From Scyliorhinus canicula (Eukaryota), in assembly GCF_902713615.1 (NCBI RefSeq), contig NC_052163.1:103222622-103286621 (forward strand): a stretch of DNA of 64,000 nucleotides, written 5' to 3'. Shown here one piece after another: positions 29,101-41,100 of the stretch. The position numbers and the translations under genes are program-made. The notes under the pieces are model-generated. The model was not told where the DNA came from and made no database searches. It saw only the letters and a list, made by a program, of their open reading frames with translations. Position 1 is the first letter of the stretch; each line of letters starts with the position of its first letter.

Positions 29101-32100
29101 CAAAGCTAGTGGATTACTGGAAGGAGGTTTTTAGGGTAATTTCTAAAGTGGTGCACGTGAAACTGGACCCAGGCCCCCGGGAGGCCATATTCGGGGTGTC
29201 GGACCAGCCAGGGTTGGAAACGGGTGCGGAGGCAGATGTTGTGGCCTTCGCCTCATTGATCGCCCGAAGGTGGATCCTGATAGGTTGGAGAGCAGCCTCT
29301 CCACCCTGTGCCCTGGCGTGGCGGGGGATCTGTTGGAATTCTTGACTCTTGAGAAGGTTAAGTTTGAACTGAGGAGAAGGATAGAGGGGTTCTACAATTC
29401 ATGGGCATTATTCAGTATGCACTTTCAAGAACTCGAAACATCAAACTTTAGTTGGGAGGTGTGGGTGGGAGGGTTGGGGGGAGGGGGGTGCGGTGTATGT
29501 TAATGGTGGCTATGGGTGATTCCTGATTCCTTTTGTCATTTGTTTATGTGAACATGTGGGTGAATGTTTGGCGTTTGGTGGGAGGATGGGATCGTTGTTA
29601 TTGATATTGGGATTGACATATTTGTTACTGATTATTGTTTATTGTTGGTGGGTGTAAATTTGGGAGAAAATGAGAAAAACGAGGAGAATAAAGAAATTTT
29701 TTTTTTTTAAATTAAGTAGATGCGTCTCTGTTCCCAGAATCATACAGTACAGAAGTGGTCCTTCAGCACATCAAGCCTGCACTGACAAACAACTACTCTA
29801 AACCTATACTACTCCTTCTTCCCATTAATCCATAGCCTTGAATGTTAAGATATTTCAAGTGCTCATCCAAGTGTTTATGGGCAGCACGATAGCACAGTGG
29901 TTAGCATAGTTGCTTCACAGCACCAGGGACCCAGGTTTGAATCCCGGCTTGGTCACTTCTGTGTGGGGTCTGCACATTCTTCCTGTGTCTGCACAGGTTT
30001 CCTTCTGGGTACTCTGGTTTCCTCCCAAAAGGCCCGAAAGACGTGCTTGTTTGGTGAATTGGACATTCTGAATTCTCCCTCGGTGCACCCGAACAGGCAC
30101 CGTGGTGTGGTAACTAGGGAATTTTCACAGTAACTTCATTGTAGTGTTAATGTAAGCCTATCTGTGACACTAATAAAGATTAATAGTATTGTTATTTTTA
30201 AAGGGGGCCGGTTTAGCTCAGTTGACTGGACAGGTCGTTCATGATGCCAAGTGAGGCCAACAGCATGGGTTCAATTCCCATACCTGCTGAGGTTATTCAT
30301 ATAGGCCCCGTCTTCTCAACCTTGCTTGTGTGGTGATCCTCAGGTTAAATCACCACCATACTATGGTCATCTGGGACAATGGATCCTTTACTCACCAAGT
30401 ACTTATTAAAGATTACAAGGTTTCCTTGCTCAACTGCCCTTCCAGGCAGTGCATTCCAGATTCCCACCAGGGATGAAAAGCTTTTCTTCAAAACCCCTCT
30501 AAATCTTACACCTTAAAATTATGCCCCCTTATTATTGCTGCTTCCTAGCTTCGTTGTCCATGCCCCTCATAATCTGATACACCTCAATCAGATCCCCTCT
30601 CAGCCTCCTGCTTATCCAGCCTCTCTTCATAGCTAAAATGCTCCATCCCAGGCAACATCACGATGAAGTTCTTTTGCACCCACTCTAGTCCAATCACGCT
30701 CTTCCTGTAGTGCGGTGACCAGAACTGAACACAGGACTCCAGCTGTGCCCTAACCAGAGTCCTGTACAACTCTGGCAAATGTGGTATGCCTTTGTAACTA
30801 CCCTATTCACCTATCCTGCTGCCTTCTGGAATCTGTGGACAAGCATCCCAAGATTGCTCTGTTCATCTGAAATTCCTAGTGGCATGCCATTCATTGAGTG
30901 CTCCTTTGTCATGTTACTCCTTCCAATGTGCACCACCTCACTCTTTTCAGGGTGAAATTCCATTGGCCACTAATGTGCCTACTTGACCCTTCTGTCGATA
31001 GCCTCCTGTAAACTAAGACCTTCCAGCCAATCTTTCTGTCATCTGCAAAGTTACTCATCGTCCACCTCCACATTTTCTTCTATAGCGTTTATATATATAT
31101 CACAAACAATAAGGGACCCAGCACTAATCCCTGTAGTACAACACTGCACATCGGCTTCTAGTCACACAAACAGCCTTCTGCCACCAGCCTCTGTTTCCGA
31201 TCATGAAGCCAATTTTGGATCAAACATGACTTGTTACCCTTCATCTCATGTGCTGTTCCCTTCTTTAACAGTCGTCCATAAGGGACCTTGTGAAAGGCTT
31301 TGTTGAAATCCATATAAACTCCATAAATTGCACTATCCTCATCTTCACACCTGGTCACTTCCTTAAAAAATTCAATCTGTCCCTGATCAAAACTTGCCTC
31401 TCCAAGTGGAGATTGATTCTGCCCTCCAGAAATTTCTCCAATGGTGTCCCTACCAATGATGTGAGATTCACTGGTCTGTAATTCCCTAGATTATCGCTAT
31501 CACTCCATAAAAAGTGAATTAACATTAGCTATCCTCCAGTCCTTTGGTACCTCCCCTGTGGTCAGAGAAGAATAAAAAATTTGGATTAGAGTCCTTGTAA
31601 TCTTTTCCCTCGTCGCTCACAGCAGCCTGAGACGCATCTCATCTGCACCTGAAGATTTGAACACTTCAAAATCTACCAAAACCTCCAGCACCTCCTCACT
31701 CCCTATATCAAACTGTTCGAGACTTCATAGTCCCTTTGTCTGAATTCTACATCCTCCTTCTCCAAAGGCAAAACAGATGCGAAGTACACATTTAACACCT
31801 TCCCAATGTCCTTCACCTCGACACACCGATTACCCTCTTGGTCCCTCATGGGTCCCGCTCTTTCCCAGGTTGACCTCATCCCCTTGATATAGTTATAGAT
31901 ATCTTGGGATTTTCCCTAATCATACCCACCAGTGTTTTTTCATGCTCAACTTTGCTCTTCTAATTGCTTGTTTGAGTTCCTCCCTGCCCTGTACCCCACA
32001 TTCTATACCCCACAAGGGCCTCTGTAGATTTGCACCCCTTGAAAAAGTTAAAAGCCTCTCTTTTTCTTCCTATCCCACCCTGTATATTCCTAGACATCCA

Positions 32101-35100
32101 GGGTTCTTTGAACTTGTTGCTCCTACATTTCACCCAAACCAAGTCTATTTTGAACAACGCCCAACTGCTTTGCGGTAGATTTACTTGAAAGCCACTGTTC
32201 CCGGTAAACTTTGGCCAGATCCTGCCTTATTTTAATAAAATCCGCCTTCCCCCAAACCAAGACCCTTTTTTGCAGACCATCTTTTTCCTTTCCGATGCAA
32301 AATTGAAATGCACAGTGTTGTGGTCTTATCACTAAAATGCTCCCCTACTGCTACCTCGAACACCTGCCCAGCTTTGTTCACCAGAACTAGATCCAGCACT
32401 GCACTATTTGGGAATTCAAAATATTGATATAAAAAGGGCCGGGATTCTCCCCTACCCGGCGGGGCGGGAGGTCCTGGCGGGACGGAGTGGCGTGAACCAC
32501 TCCGGCGTTGGGCCTCCCCAAAGGTGCGGAATTCTCGCGCCGGAGTGGCTCCCGCTCCACCGGCCGGCGCGAACAGCCTTTGGCGCTCCACCAGCCGGGG
32601 CCGAAAGGCCTTCGCCGGCCAGTGGAAGTCCGCACATGCGCCGGTGCGTCAGCGGCTGCTGATGTCATACCGGCGCATGCGCAGGGGAGGGGGTCTCTTC
32701 TTCCCCCGCCATGGCCTTCACCGTGGAAGATAAAGAGTGCCCCCCACGGCACAGGCCTGCCGATCGTTGGACCCCGATCGCGGGCCAGGCCACCGTGGGG
32801 GCACCCCCCGAGGCCAGATCGCCCCTCGCCCCCCCCAGGACCCGGGCACCCGCCTGCGCCGCCAATCCCGCCGGCATCAGACTTGCTTTGATTTCCGCCG
32901 GCTGGATTCGCCTGTCAGCGGCGGGACTCCGGCCCATCGCGGGCCGGAGAATCGCCGTGGGGGCCCCGCCGACCGGCGCGATTCCCGCACCCGCCAATTC
33001 CTGGGTGGCGGAGAATTCAGGCCACGGCGGGAGCGGGATTGTCGCCGGCCCTGGATGATTCTCCGACCCCCCGGGGGGTCGGAGAATTCTGTCCAAGCTC
33101 TCTTGAATACTTTTCAAGAAATCAGCTCCATCCAAACCAATGTGAATGTGCCAATTAATGCTGGGGAGATAAAATCCTCCAATATAATTACGCTATTATT
33201 GTTTTTATAAACCTCAGTGAATTGCCTACACATCAACTTACAATTGCCCGCTGACTGTTTGGTGGTTTCTAATACACTCCCAGAAGTGTGACTGCCTCCT
33301 TTTTATTCCTAATCTCTACCCACAAAGCCTCATCAGAAGACCCTTCCGAGATATCAAGACACGCTCTTAACTCATCTGTCTAAGTTATGATACTCCTAGC
33401 ACTAAAGCAGAAACCATCTAGCTTCTCTTTACTCTCTTGAAACTAACATGCTGTGTCCCTATTGCATTAACACTCTGTGTCCACCCCCTGTTGAACTAGT
33501 TTAAATCCCTCCGAATAGCAATAGCAAACCCACTGCAGACAACAGATGCTCGTTTCAGTCACATGATGGCAAGTTTCAGTTCTTTTCCATTTCCCACATA
33601 ATCAGTTGGAATCAGGGTGATTTATGGGGGGAATGATTGGCAAACCAGCTGTGATCAGTCCAATGGAAAACCTTCTTTGATATTGCATCTCCACAGCTTC
33701 AATAACTTAAAATATATAATGTACAAATTTTGTGCAACGTTTAAAAGATGTAGCTTGCAAATGGGTATGTAGTTATCAGTAGAAATGTATAATCGATTGA
33801 ATCATATTCTGTGATACATAAATGATTATTTGTAGCAGAACATTAAAAAATAGCAATGTGGATTTATCAGCAATGTCGGCCCAAAAAGAAACTATTTCTA
33901 TTTCATGGATGTATTGAAGGTTTTGAAAAAGTTGGAAGTGTAAATAATGGGCTGGATTTCATAGATTTCGTAGAATTTATAGTGCAGAAGGAGGCTATTC
34001 GGCCCATCGAGTCTGCACCAGCCCTTGGAAAGAGCACCCTATCTAAGCCCACGCCTCCACTCTAGCCCCGTAACGCAGCTTAACCGCAGCGTTGTTCAAA
34101 ATAGACTTGGTTTGGGTGAAATGTAGGAGCAACAAGTTCAAAGAACCCTGGATGTCTAGGAATATATAGGGTGGGATAGGAAGAAAAAGAGAGGCTTTTA
34201 ACTTTTTCAAGGGGTGCAAATCTACAGAGGCCCTTGTGGGGTATAGAATGTGGGGTACAGGGCAGGGAGGAACTCAAACAAGCAATTAGAAGAGCAAAGT
34301 TGAGCACCAATTTATCATGGCCAATCTACCTAACCTGCACATCTTTGGACGGTGGGAGGAAACCCACAGGGACATGGGGAGAAAGTCCAAACTCTGCACA
34401 GTCACCCCAAAGTCAGATTCGCACCCAGGTCCCTGGCGCTGTGAGGCAGCACTGTGCCACCATGCCGCCACATTTGGCCGTGCCTGCCACAAGATCGTCA
34501 AGAACAGGGTGGGAACCATGTAAAAGTCCGTTGAGCTCGGGTGGGAATTTTTGGTCACAAGATGGGCACAGATGAAGAATCTCCCAATGTCGTTGTTTCC
34601 ATTAGTTGATGAATCATTAATTGAAGGTGGAATGTGAGTATCAATATAGGATTATCAGAAAGAATATAAACGAGGCATTTTACACAAACGTTTTGAAGTG
34701 AAAGGATTGTAATAACCTGCACAGAGCACACGGGGCTGGCTTGATTGCTTTCCCCCTGCAGCTCAAGGAGTATGAAGTCCCCCCGCTAACTCCGGGGTAA
34801 TTACCAAATGTATATAAAGTCGGCCAGACAGGAACCGATCGACAGAGAGAGAGAGAGAGAGGACCCAGTAAAGTCTGATCAGGCCCCTTTGTACTGAGAA
34901 CGTATTATAAATAAACAGATTCTTTATGTTACTCGTCTGACTCCTTGATGCACCGTTAATTACCACAAGACGAGAATGGTGGAACAATCGAGGCTTTATT
35001 GAGCAAGATGTTGTGCCTTCTGTAGCTGGAACCAGAATGGCTACAGCACCGGAGCCAGCAGAGAGGGATTTACCATTGTACCTTTAATATACGGACAGTG

Positions 35101-38100
35101 CCATAATACATATAATTTGCCACTAGTGGTGACTACCACACTCCTTTCTGCATTTATTAGACAATAGGAAGTAATGCCACAAATGGCAACTGGAGGCAAT
35201 AAGAAATTAGGTCAGCACTTGAAAAGGAAAATTGTTCAAACTCACTGGGCAAATTTGGTGAAAGAAAACGAGATTGACAGCTTTGCAGATATCAGTCGCA
35301 TAAGAATAAAGAACAAAATAGGATCTGTGATGAAGCTTTGAAGATGCAATGAAAAAAGTGATGATTGAGGGCCATATGAAATCACTCTTACCTTAAGGAG
35401 ATTACTTTACAGTCTGTAAATGCAGCATTTATATCACTCTTACGAAAAATGGAGTGGAGCTGCAAGAAAGATATGTTGAATGTTTCAAAAGATGAAAACA
35501 TAAATTATCAGTAGTTAATTTCAATAAACATTGTTCTGATGGTGTACCTGATGAGTCACAACAGTTGATGCTGATTGGTACAGGAGTGATGTGTGATCGT
35601 GTAGTGATTCTATGTATGGCAAACCTGTTATTGTGAAGGTCACATTAAACCCAGGTGCTGCTTCTGGTGGAAATATAGAGAATCATAAAAAGGAATAAGC
35701 AACGCAGCTGATTATACTGTTTTACTGTTGGAATTGTGCCATTGACAAGTCATGCAAAACAAAAACAACATCTGCAACATTTAGCTGAAAGTACCCAAGT
35801 CACTGCGCAGCATGAAAGGTTAGTCTGAGAAGACGCACAAACAGATTCAAAAACAGCTTCTTCCCTGCTGTTACCAGACCCCTAAATTACCCTCTTTTGG
35901 ACTGACCTGATTAATACTACTTTCATGTAAGATTCACCCGATGCCGGTGTCTATGTATTTACATTGTGGATCTTGTGTTGCCCTATTATGTATTTTCTTT
36001 TAATTTTATTTTATTTTCATGTACTAAATGATCTGATTGAGCTGCTCTCTGAAAAATACTTTTCACTGTACCTCGGTACACGTGACAATAAACAAATCCA
36101 ACCCAAAGATTAGCACGAGAATTGTTCAGTTGAAATGAGTAGTTTACAGGATTAACTGGGGAAATGAAAAACTTCCTTCAGTTAATCAAGTGTTCACTTT
36201 ATGTGATAGTCATGACGGTTTAACAAATATAACCAAGAGAAACCTGCACACTTACCGATCGGAGGTGTAGATTCATGATATTCTGAAAACAGAACAATCA
36301 ATTAGACTTTTTTTGTTTATAATATAAATTTGTTGTGTTTTTGGAGCAATAATCCTATTGAAGCTACAAAATGCATTTTTTTTTTATTTGTTCATGGGAC
36401 TTGGGCATCGCAGGCTGTGCCAGCAATTATTTACCATCCCTAATTGCCCTTGAGGGGGCAGTTAAGAATCAACCACATTGTTGTGGGTCTGGAGTCACGT
36501 GTAGGCCAGACCAGGTAAGGACGGCAGATTTCCTTCCCTGAAGGATATTAGTGAGCCAGATGGATTTTTACGATAATCAACAATGGTTTCATGGTCATCA
36601 TTAGACTTTTAATTCCAGATTTTTATTGAATTTAAATTTCACCATTTGAACCTGGACTCCCAGAGCATTACTCTGGCCTCTGGTTTACTAGCCCAATGGC
36701 AATACCACTACAGTATTCCACCGTCTCAAAGAAAAAAAAATGTAGTACAGGAACAGGCCCTTCAGCCCTCCAAGTGCGTACCGGTCATGATACCATCCTG
36801 GCCAAATCCCTCAGCAATCCTAGTTCCGTGTCCCTCTACACCCACCCTATTCATGTATTTGTCGAGATGCGTTTTGAACGCCGTTAATGTATCTGCTTCC
36901 ACAACCTCCCCTGGCAACACGTTCAAGGCACTCACCATCCTCTGTGTAAAAAACCTGCCTTGCACATTTCCTCAAAACATTTCCCCATAGACCTTAAACC
37001 TATGCCCCCTGGTGACTGACCCCTCCACCCTGGGAAAGAGTGCCTGTCCATCCACTCTATCCATGCCCTCATAATCTTGTAGACCTCTATCAGGTCACCC
37101 TTCAACGTCCGTCGTTCTAATGAAAACAGTCAGCCTCTCTGCATAGCTTCCACTCTCCAGACCAGGCAACATCCTGGTAAACCACGTCTGCACCCTCTAC
37201 AAAGCCTCCACATCCTTCTCGTAGTGTGGCAACCAAAATTGTGCGCAATATTCCAAGTTTGGCCTTACCAAGGTTCTACACAACTGTAGCATGACTTGCC
37301 AGTTTTTATACTCGATGTCCTGCCCAATTAAGGCAAGCATTCCGTATTCTTTCTTGGCTACCTTGTCCACTTGTGTTGCAACTTTCAAAGATCTGTGGAC
37401 CTGCACACCCAGTTCTCTGACTTTCTACATTCCTAAGAGTTTTGGCATTTATCGTATATTTCCCCTCTATGTTAGACCTACCAAAATGCATTACCTCACC
37501 TGAGAATACATGAAAATTGATAAGATACAAAAGGTATCAATGCAAAGCCACACTTCCAGGTCAAGGAAATTCTATTCAACAGCAGTGTGTCAATATTGTA
37601 GTCCAGATTACCTGACCCACATTCTCTGAGAATGAAATTCCTGTATACCAACAGCACAATGTAAAATAACCAGACGGTTCCTACCATTTACGTAGAGACT
37701 GTTTTTGTCTAGCGAGTAAGGCCCCAATGTAGTGATGTCCTTTGTGTTGTAATTGAATTGATGATACACGGTAACTCTATCAACTTGCTCTGTAACAGAA
37801 GTATTGCTGAAGGAACAGATTGCATACACTTTGGTCTTCTGCTTGCTTGTCGTACTGCCAAAGGTGAAGATAATAAAAGCAATTAATGAATCACGTAATT
37901 GCATTTTGAAATAAGACTGGGAATTAATTCAACTGAATATTGCTACACATCACAGCTCATCAATATACTTTTGAAAGGTTTGTTTTTATCTAAACCTGGT
38001 TGATAATCAATGCCAGTTTAGTACCAAGGCAACAAGTAGAAGTAGCGGCAAAATAAAGATACAACAAATTCTGTTAATCCACCATGATTGCCCATAGAAA

Positions 38101-41100
38101 AATGTTTCATGCAGGTTTTGAACGGGTTTAAGTAGTAAATAGAGATGAACTATTTCAACTGGCTAGCGAATCCGTAATAAAAGAAAGCATAAATTTAGGG
38201 ATGTTACTGATAGTATTTTGAAACCGGAAATTGAAAGTCCTTGCACAATTAGACATTAACAATGAAGAAATGATGACACTTGAGTGAGAGATAAAGATCT
38301 GTACCGGAGAAGGAAAACTGTCCAATGATGTTGTAAAAAAGCAAAGAAATAATCTGCAGGGAGACAGCACTATCATGGAGATAACAGTAGCACATGGATG
38401 AGGAGGCGTTGAAGTTTCTATGATTAAATCCAAAAATACTGGTGGAACGGAGGTTAGCATTGCTGCCGCACAGTGCCAGGGACCTCGGTTCAATTTCAAC
38501 TTTGGGTCACTGTCTGTGCAGAATCTGCACGTTCTACCCGTGTCCTCGTAGGTTTCCTCCGGGTGCTCCGGTTTACTCCCACAGTCCAAAGATGTGCAGG
38601 TTAGGTGGGTTGGCCAAGGTAAAATTCCCCTTCGTGCACAACACTTAGGTGGGTTGCTGGTATAGGGTTGGCGAGTGGGCCGAGATAGGGTGTTCCTTCA
38701 GAGGGTTGGAGCAGACATGATGGGCCGAATGCTCTCCTTCTGCGCTGTAGGGATTCTATGATTCTATAGAATGGCTCTTACCTTAACGAGATTACTCTGC
38801 AGTCCGTGAATGCTGTGCGTATGTCACTGTTTCTAAATGTTGTATTGAGCTGTGAGGAACAAAACGGTGTTTCAATATGATAAATGTATTGAATTATCAA
38901 AAAATAAGTTTAACTAATCTCACTTTGATGGTATACCTGATGAGTAATGATTGTTGATGCTGATTGGTACAAGCGTGAAGTGTTGTCATGCAGTGCTTGC
39001 AAGTATGGCAAGCTTATTATAATGAAAGTCACATTAAACCCAGATGACACTTGGTTCTCATTTGGTGCATCTGCTAGAAAGAAATAGAATTATATAATGT
39101 AACAACCAATTAAGCTATATTTCTGGAGCTATATTTAGTTTATAGTTCTATTTGTGCTATTAAAAACTAAAATGAGGGGAATAAACTGAACCTTGCAGCA
39201 TTTAACGGAAATTATTCAAGGTTTGTTCTCACTGAATAATTATTTAGTACGAAAAGTGCGCATAAGAATTATTCCATTGACTTCAATTAACTTAGGTACT
39301 TTGAGGAAAACAAAGCATTTTGTTAAAATATTAAAGTGCATGTGAAGTGGTAGAACAGAAGTTTTAACAAATGTAATCAGACACACTAGTTGGAGTTGTT
39401 GATTCATGGTCGCCTGAAAATAAAGAGCATAATGCAATCAATTTTGTTTACTTCATCGACAATGAAATGTTCCATGTGTTTTGTGCAATAATCTAATTGA
39501 AGTCACGAAAGGTTTTGAGCACTTTGTATATTATTAGGGGCTAAAGAATATGGTCTACTCTTGTTCTTGGGCATGCGAGTCAGAATTCTTGGCCTGCCAA
39601 TGCCACGTTCTGCTGAGATGGGTAGCACACAAACATTGTGCTACTTCCTCATTTTCCTAATTGTAGTGTGCAGCCATGTGGGGCCTGTTGCATTAGAGCA
39701 AATGAGCTTTGCATGTGTTCGAGCTCCCTTCTTGCTCTTCACGTCCATTTAAAAGGGGGCCTGCACTGACGGAAAGGATACTAAGTGTGAACGCAGTAAT
39801 TAGCAACAATTGGAAACAAAGAAAATGGACACCTAGGTTCACAGACATGGCATTGGAGGCCTTAGTCATGGAGATTGGCAGGCAGAGAGTGTGCTCAGAA
39901 CCAACATAAAAGGAATGGGTGTAGGTGACAAGGAATGCCAGTGCATCCAGGTGATTGATTGGCACAAAGAACCTGGCAGCAGGACTACAGAAAGTTTCAT
40001 GATCACAAGCTGGCAGTCCAGGTTAGTTTAGTAAGGGGCAATGGAAGGAGTCCAAAATGAGTTTTAGAGAAAATGAAACTTGGGTGGGATGCACCGTTCC
40101 CCGATGCCGATATCATAATCGGCGATCAGGCAGAGAATCCCTTCTGACACCCAAATCGAGGGCGGCGCTGGTTTGATGCCGGTTTTCTATCCTCCACCCC
40201 CTCCGAAATGGTGTCACCGCATCGCACGCCGCATGCCATTGGAATGGTGGAGGCCCTCCCCCGATGCTCTGCCCCCGATGGGCCAAGTTCCCCACCACAC
40301 GGGACACGTGTGGTCTCAGTGGTCGGGAACCCAGCATGGCGGCTGCGGACTGTGTCCAGGGCCGCCACAATCAGACGGGAGCCATGCTGCTGGCCGTGAG
40401 GGAGGGGCCTTCCTCGACGGCTTGGGGTCAGGTGGGGGATGGCCAGGGGGGCACTATTTAGCAGTTTGGGTCTGCGCACGGCCGGCGCCACATTTTATGG
40501 CCGCTGCTGCAGGTCGTCGCCATGCGCATGCTCGGCCACAGACCCGGGCATTCCCCAGGCGTTTATATCGTGGGAATCGGGGGTTTTACTTGACGAAGCT
40601 GCTAGCCCCTCACCGGTCGCAGAATTGGTGAGGGTTCGGTGCCGATTTTGCCTTTGTAAAACGCCACAGTTCCCAGCGTTGGCACTTAGCCTCCAAAATG
40701 ATGAATCCAGCACCTTTTCTTTATTTAACATGCTGACTATATACACAGCTCCAGTAGTCCCCAACTGTGTCTGCCTTTATCGGTGCCTGACAGGTTGGCG
40801 ATTTTTATACAAAGGTGCATTGACTTAGTTAAGGGTTCCCTTCCCCCTTATCGGGGGAGCTCGTGTTCTGCAAGCTCCATAGGGTGGTGGATCCTCCTTA
40901 CCCATGCGAGTTCTAACAGTCAGCAAATGCACCTTCAAATGATATCTCCTACTCACCACCACACCGACTTCTTACTTTGCTCATGGATCATAGCCCCTCC
41001 CCAACCCCATTATTGAACCAATCAGCTGTTCCTGGCACTCGGGATTGAGGCCTGACATTCATATATTTCACTCAACGGGAAGCACGGTAGCATGGTGGTT

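Noticed and set aside
18170-33210. Clusters of overlapping GC-rich ORFs (18170-18736, 20131-21040, 27967-28745, 32232-33210)
   Set aside because: They lie in palindromic MITEs where stop codons are rare, and no recognisable protein motif is present.
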